Part shown: positions 10,379 through 19,997 of the stretch, in pieces | Numbering within the stretch: position 1 is the stretch's first letter | Layout: every line of letters starts with the position of its first letter | Source of the DNA: an uncultured Verrucomicrobiae bacterium | Lineage (GTDB): Bacteria; Verrucomicrobiota; Verrucomicrobiia; Limisphaerales; UBA1096 | Reading direction: 5' to 3' | Assembly (NCBI GenBank): GCA_937770485.1 | Contig: CALJHX010000023.1 | Span: 25,772 to 89,771 of the forward strand | Length of the DNA: 64,000 nucleotides | Translations under genes and position numbers: made by a program | The notes under the pieces: model-generated | What the model saw: the letters and a program-made list of their open reading frames with translations, nothing else | What the model was told of the DNA's origin: nothing | Database searches by the model: none

Positions 10379-10506
10379 ATTTTCTCCTCTAGGGAAAAAA
10401 ATAGTATCTTCAGAAAATTAAATCAATATAAAATAATAAATAATATTTATTTAAACGGAAGGAAGGTGGCTAGGTGGGCCGCCTATATGATCGTTATCTT
10501 TTCGGC

Positions 10507-11490
10507 TCAGGCCTCCGTGGTGCAGGCGTCGTAGAATTCGAGGAACTGGTTTTTCTCCTCGGTGGTGCGGACGCGCATGGCCGCTCGCGGGTGTTGGTTG
10601 AGGAGGCCGGTAACCACGTATGGGATGAGGGCACCCCATTCCTTGGTGCGGCGCATGGGCATCAGGTGATCCTGCAACAGCTTAAAAACCGGGCGGAGGT
10701 CAAACTTCGGGTTTTTGAGGAAGCCGAGCAGCAGTTCCATCGGGCAGTTGCCGGCGCCGCGACCGAGCCCGAGCATGGTGGCATCGATGCGGTTCGCGCC
10801 CTGGATGATCGCCTCGATGGTATTGGCGAAGGCCAACTGCATGTTGTTGTGCGTGTGGATGCCGACTTCTTTGCCGGTGGCGTTGGCCATAGTAACGTAT
10901 TTTTTGACAAGCGCGCGAATCTGCTCGTGATAAAGCGAACCGTAACTGTCGACGACGACGATGGTTTCCACCGGGGTCTCAGCGAGGATTTCTAGCGCTT
11001 TGTCAATCTCGGGATCGGCGACGGTGCTGATGGCCATGATGTTGCAGCACGTCTCGTAGCCTTTGTCGTGGGCGTCTTTGATCATTTCCACTGCAGTCGG
11101 GATCTGGTGTGCATAAGTGGCGACACGGATGCAGTCGAGCACGCTTTGTTCGGCAGGCAGGATGTCGGTTTTGTAATCGGTCTTGCCTGCGTCGGCCATG
11201 GCTGTGAGCTTGAGCTTGGTGTCGTTGTCGCCAACGACGCGGCGCATGCTATCCTCATCACAAAACTTCCAGTCGCCGTGCTCTTTGCGGGCAAACTGGG
11301 TCTTGGAGGCTTTGTAACCAAGCTCCATGTAGTCGATGCCGGATTCGATGGCGGTGTCGTAAACGGCCTTGACGAAGTCGTCTTCGAATAGATGATTGTT
11401 AATCAGGCCACCGTCGCGGACCGTGCAATCCAGCACTTTGATCTCGGGTCGGAACGTCACCCAAGGGGCGTTTTCTTTAGTTTCACTCAT
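10507..11490 (-). CDS. HMGL-like (DRE-TIM) aldolase / pyruvate carboxyltransferase family protein
   Basis: It has DCTVRDGG near the N-terminus and HTHNNMQLAFANTIEAI, the two metal-binding signatures of the HMGL-like family. The start is assigned to the ATG at 11490 (MSETKEN...). The longer ORF start at 11556 reads through a tandem DNA repeat. Confidence 0.75.
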   Translation of the reverse strand: MSETKENAPWVTFRPEIKVLDCTVRDGGLINNHLFEDDFVKAVYDTAIESGIDYMELGYKASKTQFARKEHGDWKFCDEDSMRRVVGDNDTKLKLTAMADAGKTDYKTDILPAEQSVLDCIRVATYAHQIPTAVEMIKDAHDKGYETCCNIMAISTVADPEIDKALEILAETPVETIVVVDSYGSLYHEQIRALVKKYVTMANATGKEVGIHTHNNMQLAFANTIEAIIQGANRIDATMLGLGRGAGNCPMELLLGFLKNPKFDLRPVFKLLQDHLMPMRRTKEWGALIPYVVTGLLNQHPRAAMRVRTTEEKNQFLEFYDACTTEA

Positions 11491-11538
11491 ATTACAGTTT
11501 GGTTGCAGTAAATCATTACAATTTTGTTGCAGTAAATC
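11491..11538. repeat. Two tandem 24-bp direct repeats abutting the start codon of the aldolase-like gene
   Basis: 11491-11514 is attacagtttggttgcagtaaatc and 11515-11538 is attacaattttgttgcagtaaatc. They match at 22 of 24 positions. Confidence 0.85.
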
Positions 11539-11649
11539 AAAAAACCTTGATGCCAAGCGTTTGGGGCTTCAGCCAATTAGTTTCCCGGAGGAAAAGGGCG
11601 GGAATTGTCTCAAATACGAAGTAAATGGGAAGCGTTAAAAATACTTTTA

Positions 11650-13272
11650 TTATTTTTTTGCCGCCGGGTCTTCCTTGGCGTAAATGGCACTGATTGGATG
11701 GATGTCGAGGATGTTCGGGTGGATGCCGCCGATGCGATCCGGATGGTAGATATTGATGCCGACGTAAAAGAACAGCGGCAAGATCGGCAACTCGTCGGTG
11801 ATGAGGATGGTCTCTGCTTGGCGGAACAACTTGTTGCGCTTGGTTAAGTCCGAGGTGGCATTGGCTAAGCGGATGAGCCGGTCGTAATCGGCGTTGGCCC
11901 AGCCAGTTCGGTTGTTGCCGTTCTGCGTCATGAACATGTCGAGGAACGTGTTGGGGTCGTTGTAGTCGCCGATCCAGCTACTCCGGGTGACGTGGTAGTC
12001 AAGCGCGCTTTGGGCGGCTAGGTAAACCTTGTGCTCCGCCTGCCGCAACTTGACCTGGATGCCCAGCGTCTCGTGCCACATGCGCTGCAACTCGACCGCG
12101 ATGTTTTTGTTCAACGGGCTTGAGTTGAACAGATACTCAAAGTCAGTCGGGAAACCTTTGCCGCCGGGATAGCCCGCCTCGGCAAGTAGCCGCTTGGCCA
12201 AACCTGTGTCGTGTGTGAGGCCGCTTGGGGAGGTGTAGTTGCCGGTGCCGGGCGGGACGAAATGTCCGGCTGGACGCTCGCCGCCCTTGGTGTATTTCTC
12301 GACCACGCGGGCCTTGTCGATGGCTAGGGCCATCGCCTTGCGGACGCGCGGATCATCAAGCGGCTTTTGAGTGGTGTTGAACCGCACGAAGTAACTGCCA
12401 AGATAGTCGAACCTGTGAAACTCCGGCCGCTGGCTGAGGGCATCGAGCAACTCGGTCGGCACGAGACTTTTGTCCCAGATGACATCGGCCTGGCCGGCTT
12501 CGTAAAGGTTGATCGCTGTCGCCGGTGACTCGACAGGCAGAAGATCGACGACATTGTTGCGCGTGTTGGCGGCATCCCAGTAAAACGGATTATTGCGGAG
12601 GCGCACCCGGTCACGTACGTGCCAAAACTCAAGCGTGTGGGAGCCACTTACCGGCAGCGGTTGGCGTAGACACCACTGGTCGCCGTGCTGCGCGATCGCC
12701 TTTTCCGGCACCACGGCCAACGTCCAGAACGCGCACAACTCAAGGAAGAACGGGGTGGGGGCGGTCAACTCGACACGCACTGTCTTGGCGTCGATCGCCC
12801 GCACGCCGAGCTGGCTCAGGTTGATGGTTTTACCGGCGTTGATCGACTCGGCGTTCTTCACGTAAAAGAGCATCCCGGCGTAGTCGCTGGCGGTGGCGGG
12901 ATCGACGGCGCGGCGCCACGAGTAAACCACGTCGTGCGCGGTGATCGGCTCGCCGGTGGACCATTGGAGGCCGTCCCGCAAATGAAAGGTATATACGGTG
13001 CCGTTGCCAGAAATATCCCAGCGCTTGGCCAAGGCCGGCTCGGCCTGGGCAGTGACGGCGTTGAAGCGGGTGAGCCCCTCGAACAGGGCCGAGACGATGC
13101 GGCCGTCCGACTGACTGGTGATGATCGCTGGGTCGAGCGACTCAGGGTCGGGGCCGTTGATGACGACGAAGTCGGCCGGTTCGTGTTGTTGAAAACAGCC
13201 GGCTAGGCCAAGCAGGCCAAGGCACAAAAAAAGCGTCCCCAGCCGTTGCTCAGGAACGCTTTTGAAAATCAT
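11650..13272 (-). CDS. ABC transporter substrate-binding protein, peptide/nickel (family 5, OppA/DppA-like)
   Basis: A 540-aa protein with a lipoprotein-type signal ending LAGC. Length and sequence are typical of SBP_bac_5 (for example FHLRDGLQWSTGEPITAHDVVYSW). Confidence 0.85.
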   Translation of the reverse strand: MIFKSVPEQRLGTLFLCLGLLGLAGCFQQHEPADFVVINGPDPESLDPAIITSQSDGRIVSALFEGLTRFNAVTAQAEPALAKRWDISGNGTVYTFHLRDGLQWSTGEPITAHDVVYSWRRAVDPATASDYAGMLFYVKNAESINAGKTINLSQLGVRAIDAKTVRVELTAPTPFFLELCAFWTLAVVPEKAIAQHGDQWCLRQPLPVSGSHTLEFWHVRDRVRLRNNPFYWDAANTRNNVVDLLPVESPATAINLYEAGQADVIWDKSLVPTELLDALSQRPEFHRFDYLGSYFVRFNTTQKPLDDPRVRKAMALAIDKARVVEKYTKGGERPAGHFVPPGTGNYTSPSGLTHDTGLAKRLLAEAGYPGGKGFPTDFEYLFNSSPLNKNIAVELQRMWHETLGIQVKLRQAEHKVYLAAQSALDYHVTRSSWIGDYNDPNTFLDMFMTQNGNNRTGWANADYDRLIRLANATSDLTKRNKLFRQAETILITDELPILPLFFYVGINIYHPDRIGGIHPNILDIHPISAIYAKEDPAAKK

Positions 13273-13283
13273 GAGAGCCTCGT

Positions 13284-13721
13284 TTATTTTTTCTCCTCGC
13301 CCTTGGGCGGAGCGGCGGGTGTCTCAGCGGGCTTCTCGACGGTAGCCGGAGGCGTGGCTACCTCGGGGGCAGTCGGTGCGGGGGCGCTGGGTGCGGCTCC
13401 CTCAGCCGGTGCCTTTAAATCGGAGGTGGCTGGCGGGGTGGTCGCTGTCGGCGCCTCGTCTCCGGCAAGTCGCTCGCTTAAGCCGCCCTTGTCGGTGCCG
13501 CCGATAACGGCCAGCACCAGGCAGAGCAACAGGAACAGCGAAGCGGAGACCTTGGTGAGCTTGGTCAGCACGTTACCTGCGCCTGCGCCGAGCGCCATAT
13601 CCAGTGTGCCGCCACCAAAAGCGAGGCCCGAGCCGGATTCCTTCTTCGGCAACTGAATCAGGATCAGCAGCACTAGGAAGAAGCAGTTTAGGACGAGTAC
13701 GGTTGTTAATATTCCAGTCAT
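13284..13721 (-). CDS. secG: Preprotein translocase subunit SecG with a Pro/Ala-rich C-terminal extension
   Basis: The N-terminal 75 aa match the SecG pattern (two TM segments flanking a G-rich loop, LPKKESGSGLAFGGG). It sits in the conserved position downstream of tpiA. Confidence 0.75.
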   Translation of the reverse strand: MTGILTTVLVLNCFFLVLLILIQLPKKESGSGLAFGGGTLDMALGAGAGNVLTKLTKVSASLFLLLCLVLAVIGGTDKGGLSERLAGDEAPTATTPPATSDLKAPAEGAAPSAPAPTAPEVATPPATVEKPAETPAAPPKGEEKK

Positions 13722-13730
13722 TTTCTTATA

Positions 13731-14495
13731 TCAGATCGAGTTCAGAATGATCTCGGAAAAGTTTTTTACATCCAGCGAGGCACCGCCTACAAGGGCTCCG
13801 TCTACGTCGGCTTGGCCCATCAACTCTCGCGCATTGTCCGGCTTGACGCTGCCGCCGTACTGGATGCGCACGATCCGGGCCGTGTCCTCGTCAAAAATGT
13901 CACCCAGCAGATTGCGAATGAACGCATGCACTTCCTGCGCTTGGGCGGACGTGGCTGTTTTGCCTGTGCCTATAGCCCAGACCGGTTCGTAGGCGACGAC
14001 CGTGCCTTCCATTTGTGCTGTGGTCAAGCCTGCCAAGCTGCCCCGAATTTGTGTGCCTACGACCTCTTCCGTGCGGCCCCCTTCGCGATCCTCGAGTTGT
14101 TCGCCCACGCAGACGATCGGTTTCAAGCCGGCCTCGTGGGCGGCCTTGGCCTTGGAGGCCACCAATTCGTCCGACTCGCGCTGGTACTGTCGTCGCTCCG
14201 AGTGGCCGAGGATGACGTACTTGGCGGAGAATTCCTTGAGCATCCCAGCGGCGATTTCGCCGGTGTGAGCGCCGTAGCCGTTCTCGCTCATGTTTTGCGC
14301 GCCGAGCCGAATGTTCGAGTCGATCACCACTTCGGACACAGCACCCAGTGCGGTGAAAGGCGGGCAGACGGCGATGTCGACTTCCGTGACGTCCTTGAGT
14401 TCTCGAACCAAGCCGTTGGCCAAGTCGAGTGATTCGGCGACGGTTTTGTTCATCTTCCAGTTTCCGGTGATGATCAGTTTTCGTTCTTTTTCCAT
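13731..14495 (-). CDS. tpiA: Triose-phosphate isomerase
   Basis: A 254-aa protein with TIM signatures: NWKMN, ILGHSERR, AYEPVWAIGTG and YGGSV. Confidence 0.93.
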   Translation of the reverse strand: MEKERKLIITGNWKMNKTVAESLDLANGLVRELKDVTEVDIAVCPPFTALGAVSEVVIDSNIRLGAQNMSENGYGAHTGEIAAGMLKEFSAKYVILGHSERRQYQRESDELVASKAKAAHEAGLKPIVCVGEQLEDREGGRTEEVVGTQIRGSLAGLTTAQMEGTVVAYEPVWAIGTGKTATSAQAQEVHAFIRNLLGDIFDEDTARIVRIQYGGSVKPDNARELMGQADVDGALVGGASLDVKNFSEIILNSI

Positions 14496-14503
14496 GCTTA
14501 AAA

Positions 14504-15736
14504 TTATTTGTCGGTCAAGGCCGCGACTCCGGGCAGTTCCTTGCCCTCAAGAAACTCGAGGCTCGCGCCGCCGCCAGTGCTCATGAACGTGACTTGGTCG
14601 CCGAGGCCGGCCTTGTTCAGCGCCTTCACACTGTCGCCGCCGCCGATCATGCTCTTTGCCCCGTTGGCGGTCGCCTCGCACACGGCCTTGGCCACGGCGA
14701 AGGTGCCCCCGGCGAACCGGGCGTCCTCGAAGATGCCCATTGGGCCGTTCCACAAAATTGTCTTCGCTCCGGCGATCACCTCACAAAACCTGGCCGCCGA
14801 CTTGGGGCCGATGTCCACGCCTTCGACGTCGTCGGGGATGTTTTCGCTGTCGTTCGTGCGATGCTCGCCAAAGGCAAACTTTCCGTCGATCTCGGTCGGG
14901 ACGGCGACGATGTTGTCGGTTGGGATCAAAAACTGCACGTTGCGCTCGGCGGCCTTGTCGAGAGCGTCTCGGGCGATGGTCACCTTGTCCCGCTCGACGA
15001 GCGACTTGCCGACCGTGAGGCCCTTGGCTAGCTTGAACGTGTATGCCATCGCGCCGCCAATGAGGATCGTGTCGGCCTTGTCGAGGAGTCGGTCGATCAC
15101 CTTGATTTTATCGGAGACCTTTGCGCCGCCGAGAATCACGACGAACGGGCTTTCGGGTGACTTGAGTTCATCGCCGAGAAACTGCAACTCGCGCTCCATC
15201 AGCAATCCGGCCACGCATTGGCCGGCGCGGGCGTTGAGCACATCGGCCACACCGGCGGTGGAGGCGTGCGCGCGGTGTGCTGCGCCGAAAGCGTCGTTCA
15301 CGAACACGTCGGCGTCGCAGGCGAGTTGCTGGGCGAATGTCGCGTCGTTGGCTTCCTCCTCGGCGTGGTAGCGGACATTTTCTAAAAGCAACAGGCCACC
15401 CTCCTCCAGCTTGGCTGCGGCATCCTCGGCCGCTTGGCCAACGCACTGGTCGCAGAAGGCGACCGGCTTGCCGATCAGCCCGGCGAGTTTGTCGGCGACA
15501 GGGCGGAGGCTCATCGATGGCACGCGCTTGCCTTTCGGGCGGCCAAGGTGCGCGGTGAGTATGACTTTCGCGCCGTTCTCGATCATCAACTTGAGCGTCG
15601 GCAGGGTGGCGCGGATGCGAGTGTCGTCGTTGATGACCATCGCGCCGTCCTGCTCGGCCATGGGCACGTTGTAGTCCACGCGGGTCAGCACGCGTTTGCC
15701 CTTCAAATCGATGTCGTTGACGGTTAGTTTGGCCAT
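14504..15736 (-). CDS. pgk: Phosphoglycerate kinase
   Basis: It has the PGK signatures RVDYNVP and NGPMGIFE. The start is set at the ATG at 15736 (MAKLTVNDIDLKGKRVL). Confidence 0.93.
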   Translation of the reverse strand: MAKLTVNDIDLKGKRVLTRVDYNVPMAEQDGAMVINDDTRIRATLPTLKLMIENGAKVILTAHLGRPKGKRVPSMSLRPVADKLAGLIGKPVAFCDQCVGQAAEDAAAKLEEGGLLLLENVRYHAEEEANDATFAQQLACDADVFVNDAFGAAHRAHASTAGVADVLNARAGQCVAGLLMERELQFLGDELKSPESPFVVILGGAKVSDKIKVIDRLLDKADTILIGGAMAYTFKLAKGLTVGKSLVERDKVTIARDALDKAAERNVQFLIPTDNIVAVPTEIDGKFAFGEHRTNDSENIPDDVEGVDIGPKSAARFCEVIAGAKTILWNGPMGIFEDARFAGGTFAVAKAVCEATANGAKSMIGGGDSVKALNKAGLGDQVTFMSTGGGASLEFLEGKELPGVAALTDK

Positions 15737-15831
15737 TATATCCCTGAAAAAAGGGCGCAAAACCATACTCGAGAACCGTTAAATGTCAATGGTTAATAAC
15801 CCTGAAAACTGCGAAAAACAGCCGTTTTCGC

Positions 15832-17583
15832 TTACAATCGGGGACGAGGCGGCTTGACCGGGGTCCGCCATGGCTGAGCACCGGTGAGTTTGGTGCGGCG
15901 CTTGTAAACGCGGTTGCCGGTGGCAATGTAGAGCGTTTTCCAGTCCTTGCCGCCGAAAGCGGTGTACGACACGCGCTTGGCCAAGCGCGGCTTGGGCAAA
16001 ATCAGATGCACGCGGCCGGGCTGGTCGCAGATTTGCACGCCTAACTCGGTGGCGGCAACGAGCCACCCGTCGCGGCTCACACACATGCCATCGAGGTGTC
16101 CTTCGAGTGAGTTGGGCGGCACGTGCATGTAGTAGTACTCCTGCTTGTTCGCTAGCGTGCCATTGTCGTTGATGGTGTAGCTGTAAATGAACCGGCCGGG
16201 GAAGTGCCCGACGAACAGCATCGTCTGGTCTGCGCTCATCGTGAGGCCGTTCGGGTTGCGGAAGTTGTCCACGACGACTGCTTGGCCGGAGCCTTTGCGG
16301 ATTATCATTATTTTGTTGTCAGCCGGGTTGGTAAAATAAATAGTGCCGTCGTGGCGCACCACAAGGTCGTTGCACTTGACGCCCTCGGCGACGACTGTGC
16401 GGTTGGCTGTTTTCGGGTCCCACGAGGCGATCTGCCCCGCGCCGTTGGCTGCGCCGTAGAGTAGGCCGTCCGGGCCAAGGCGCAGGCCGTTAGCACGACC
16501 GGTGTTCTCGGCGAACAACTCGACTTTGTCGTCGGTGCCAATACGATAAATTCTCGATGCCGGTACGTCGGTGAAAAATACGGTGCCATCCGGCATAGCG
16601 GCCAAGCCTTCGGCCCAGCCGTGGCCGTCGCTCAGCAGTTGCCAATCCTCGTCCGGTTCAAGGAAGCGCACCGCCTCATTGAGGCATTGGTCGTAGTGCG
16701 TTTTCACCTCGGTGGCGTCGCTGTGCCAAAGCCAGTGCATCGCGTCGGGGAAAATTGCGTTACCGTGTTTTCGGTTGTGTCCGCCTTTGCCCCAGACATG
16801 ATTTAACTCATAACCGGAAAACTTAAACGCGCGCTGCATCATCTGGTTGGCGATCCACCAGTCGCCGCCGTAAATATTCAGGTCATTTTCGCCGTCTTGC
16901 AGAAAGATACGGAGTGGTTTTGGCTCGGTTTTACGAATAAGCGTCGGGATCTCGTCGCCGCCACGAAGGCCGACGTAAGTGCCGATAGTCGAATAAACAC
17001 GGCGAAACGAATCCGGCCGGTGCCAGGCTACATTGAAGGCGCAGATCGCTCCGGAGCTGGCACCGGTGATGCCGCGCTGGTTCGGATCGGGGCTGAACGT
17101 GACGCCGTGAGCCCGCTCGATGTGCGGCAGCAACTCATCGACCAAAAACCGCGAGTAGCGGTTGCTCATGTCGTCGTACTCGAGGCTGCGGTTGAATCTG
17201 CTCTGGGCGTTTTCGTTTTGAGCCGGAACCACGCCGGGATTGACGAGCACGCCGATCATCACCGGGATCTCACCCCGGTGGATGAGATTGTCGAGTGCGT
17301 TGAAGGTGGCGCTGTTGACATAGGCTTCGCCGTCCTGGAATACCATCAGGCTGGCCACCTGGCCGGGTTTGTACTGGGCTGGTACGTAAATCCAGTAGTC
17401 GCGATCCGTTCCGGGGTACACCGTGGAGTCGGCAAACTTGGCTTGGGTAACTTTGCCGCTGGGAACGCCAGCCTGCTTTTTCGAGTCGGGATGGACGGGG
17501 TACTGCTCTTGTTGCGAGAAGGCGCTTGGCCCGAACAGCGAGCCGGCGATGGTGAGCTTGGCCAGAAAAGAAATGATTTTCAC
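15832..17583 (-). CDS. Secreted two-domain protein: alpha/beta-hydrolase esterase fused to an SMP-30/gluconolactonase/LRE-like beta-propeller
   Basis: The N-terminal half has a GASSG nucleophile elbow and an enterochelin-esterase-like context. The C-terminal half has SMP-30-like repeats. The start is assigned to the GTG at 17583, which gives a signal peptide ([23 protein letters not shown]). The longer ORF start would overlap carA. Confidence 0.7.
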   Translation of the reverse strand: MKIISFLAKLTIAGSLFGPSAFSQQEQYPVHPDSKKQAGVPSGKVTQAKFADSTVYPGTDRDYWIYVPAQYKPGQVASLMVFQDGEAYVNSATFNALDNLIHRGEIPVMIGVLVNPGVVPAQNENAQSRFNRSLEYDDMSNRYSRFLVDELLPHIERAHGVTFSPDPNQRGITGASSGAICAFNVAWHRPDSFRRVYSTIGTYVGLRGGDEIPTLIRKTEPKPLRIFLQDGENDLNIYGGDWWIANQMMQRAFKFSGYELNHVWGKGGHNRKHGNAIFPDAMHWLWHSDATEVKTHYDQCLNEAVRFLEPDEDWQLLSDGHGWAEGLAAMPDGTVFFTDVPASRIYRIGTDDKVELFAENTGRANGLRLGPDGLLYGAANGAGQIASWDPKTANRTVVAEGVKCNDLVVRHDGTIYFTNPADNKIMIIRKGSGQAVVVDNFRNPNGLTMSADQTMLFVGHFPGRFIYSYTINDNGTLANKQEYYYMHVPPNSLEGHLDGMCVSRDGWLVAATELGVQICDQPGRVHLILPKPRLAKRVSYTAFGGKDWKTLYIATGNRVYKRRTKLTGAQPWRTPVKPPRPRL

Positions 17584-17698
17584 TTGGCGCAGGGTAGGGG
17601 TGCCAAGCTTGGCTGTCACGCCGGCGCGCTTGGGCAAGTTGATCAAAATTTCGCCACGTGCTTGCCGATTGGGTGGCGTGTCCCTACTCTCCCCTCCG

Positions 17699-18877
17699 AT
17701 GTCTGGCTTGGGACCTAAAGCCATCCTCGCACTTGAGGACGGCACCATTTTCGAGGGGCAGGCGTTCGGTGCTTCGGCGTCGGTCGCCGGGGAGGTTTGT
17801 TTCAACACTTCGATGACGGGGTATCAGGAAATCCTGACCGACCCGTCGTACAAGGGGCAGATCATCACCATGACCTATCCGCTCATCGGCAACTACGGCG
17901 TTAACGAGCAGGACGTAGAGTCGTACCAGACGCACGCCAGCGGGTTTGTCGTACGTGAGCTCTCGCCGGTCGTGAGTAATTACCGCGCGGACAGTTCGCT
18001 GGGCGACTACATGGAACGCAACGGTATCCCCGGCATTGAAGGCATCGACACCCGGGCGCTGACCAAAAAGCTCCGCATCCGCGGCGCGATGAACGGCTAT
18101 CTCACCACCGAGAGCAACGCCACCACTGAGAGCGCCTTGGCCAAGGCGAAGGAGTGGTCCGGTTTGGTAGGCGTGGATTACGTTAAGGAAGTGACGCACG
18201 AGTCGGCGTTTGCGTGGGACGAAAACGACGAGTTGAGCGCGGCGTTTCGGCTGCCCAAGGGGCCGGGCGAGCTCGACGGCCGCAGCCAGCGTGACCCCCT
18301 GCCGGCGGCGGACATCCCGATTGTTGCCTACGATTTCGGCGTCAAGTACAACATCCTGCGTAAGCTGCGGCAGGCTGGTTTCGCGGTGACGGTGGTGCCG
18401 GCGAACACCCCGGCGGCGGAGGCGCTCAAGCATAATCCGGCAGGCATTTTTCTCTCAAACGGTCCCGGTGACCCGGCGGCGGTGACGTATGCGGCAGAAG
18501 CGGTTATGGCGTTGCTAAAGAAGGGACTGCCGATTTTCGGCATCTGCCTTGGCCATCAAATCCTCAGCTTGGCCATGGGCGGCAAGACGAGTAAATTGAA
18601 GTTCGGCCATCGCGGTGCAAACCAGCCGGTGAAGGATCTCGAGAGTGGCCGGGTGGAGATCACGTCGCAAAACCATGGCTTCACGGTGGAAACCGACTCG
18701 CTGCCAAGTGACGTGGCGGTGAACCGTATCAACCTCAACGACCAGACGGTTGAGGGGTTGCGGCACAAGACCAAGCCGGTCTTCTGCGTGCAGTATCATC
18801 CGGAGGCGTCTCCGGGGCCGCACGACTCGAGCGGCATGTTCGGCGAGTTCCACCAATTGATCGAGAAGCACAGCTGA
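17699..18877 (+). CDS. carA: Carbamoyl-phosphate synthase small (glutaminase) subunit
   Basis: [24 protein letters not shown]... followed by a type-1 glutamine amidotransferase domain ([19 protein letters not shown]). Confidence 0.93.
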   Translation: MSGLGPKAILALEDGTIFEGQAFGASASVAGEVCFNTSMTGYQEILTDPSYKGQIITMTYPLIGNYGVNEQDVESYQTHASGFVVRELSPVVSNYRADSSLGDYMERNGIPGIEGIDTRALTKKLRIRGAMNGYLTTESNATTESALAKAKEWSGLVGVDYVKEVTHESAFAWDENDELSAAFRLPKGPGELDGRSQRDPLPAADIPIVAYDFGVKYNILRKLRQAGFAVTVVPANTPAAEALKHNPAGIFLSNGPGDPAAVTYAAEAVMALLKKGLPIFGICLGHQILSLAMGGKTSKLKFGHRGANQPVKDLESGRVEITSQNHGFTVETDSLPSDVAVNRINLNDQTVEGLRHKTKPVFCVQYHPEASPGPHDSSGMFGEFHQLIEKHS

Positions 18878-18933
18878 TTTGCTCAAGCGCTTGCAAGCGC
18901 GCTTGAAACTTCTCCCCCCGTGAACACAAAAAA

Positions 18934-18958
18934 GCAGGACGGTGTGTTCTGCTTTTTT
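18934..18958 (+). terminator. Rho-independent terminator after carA (A-run upstream, so possibly bidirectional)
   Basis: Stem GCAGGAC (18934-18940) pairs with GTTCTGC (18946-18952) with one G-U pair, followed by T6 at 18953-18958. Confidence 0.6.
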
Positions 18959-18973
18959 CGAGATTGGTTGGCT

Positions 18974-19324
18974 TTATTTTTCGGTTCTACGGAATCTTCC
19001 CGGGTTGATGAACAGCTTCTTGTCCCCCTCGTGTTTCAGAAAAGACTGCGTCAGTGCGTCAGTCGTTTTCAGGTCATCATCCACCAATTCAGTGTTCAGT
19101 ATTTTGATTTCGAGTCCAGCACCCGCCAGTCGATGAGAGACAACATGAAAAAGATCCTTCTCATCTTTCTTCGGAGGGCCATCGTCCGTTCCAATGGCCT
19201 GAAGCTGAACACACCACACTCCCCCGATCTTGATGGGATATCCCGGAAAGTATACCCGTCTTTCCAGGTTGTTTTGCTTCGGCTCTTCTCCTTTATCCGG
19301 AATGACCTCCCACACGCCAAGCAC
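18974..19324 (-). CDS. Hypothetical protein (116 aa) in an AT-rich patch
   Basis: An ORF with a GTG start and no obvious RBS. I recognise no family. It could be a gene fragment. Confidence 0.3.
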   Translation of the reverse strand: MLGVWEVIPDKGEEPKQNNLERRVYFPGYPIKIGGVWCVQLQAIGTDDGPPKKDEKDLFHVVSHRLAGAGLEIKILNTELVDDDLKTTDALTQSFLKHEGDKKLFINPGRFRRTEK

Positions 19325-19471
19325 TGCTGAGTGCGACCGTAATGTTGTGTTTCTTTGTCAGCACAGATTCCAACTCATAACCGATAATCAGCAAATCGGC
19401 TAAGGTTAAAAACGCCAGTACACACTCAATCCCGAGCCCCTTGCATCGAGGCACATTAGTTGGGGCTTGGA

Positions 19472-19966
19472 CTACGCCTCGGCCGTCGCTTCCTTCTCAG
19501 GGAGGGGAGGGGTGGTGCTTTCCACGCGAACCTTGAGGGTGGTCATGACCTCGGGGTGCAGTCGCAGCTCGATGTTGTGGTCGCCAACGGTGCGGATCGG
19601 CTCGGCGAGGTGTACCTTGCGGCGGTCGATCTTGATCTCAAACTGCTCGTCGAGTTGCTCGATGATATTTGCCGGGGTGACAGAGCCGTACATTTTGCCC
19701 GTGTCGCCGGTCTTGACCTTCAGGTGCAAAATCAGGTGCTTGAAACTTGCGGACAGTTCCTTGGCATCTTTGGATTCGCGGATCTCGCGGGATCGGCGTT
19801 GCTTGCGAAGGGCCTCGAGGCGGCGCTCGTTGCCATCGGTCAACGGGATGGCCAGCCCTTGAGGCAGAAGATAGTTGCGGGCGTAGCCGGTGGTCACGTT
19901 GACCTGGTCGGATTCCCCGCCAAGCCCTTCCACATTCTTGATTAAAATAACGTCAGTTTTAGACAT
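19472..19966 (-). CDS. rplI: 50S ribosomal protein L9
   Basis: The start is the ATG at 19966 (MSKTDVILIKNVEGLGGESDQVNVTTGYARNYLLPQGLA), the canonical L9 N-terminus. Confidence 0.9.
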   Translation of the reverse strand: MSKTDVILIKNVEGLGGESDQVNVTTGYARNYLLPQGLAIPLTDGNERRLEALRKQRRSREIRESKDAKELSASFKHLILHLKVKTGDTGKMYGSVTPANIIEQLDEQFEIKIDRRKVHLAEPIRTVGDHNIELRLHPEVMTTLKVRVESTTPPLPEKEATAEA

Positions 19967-19997
19967 GAGTAACTTGTTGTTTGTGTAAAATTTGTGT

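Noticed and set aside
18881-18910. The hairpin TCAAGCGC...GCGCTTGA right after the carA stop
   Set aside because: It is not followed by a T-run. The canonical terminator lies about 30 bp further on (18934-18958). The hairpin may just reflect the AAGCGCTT palindrome bias.
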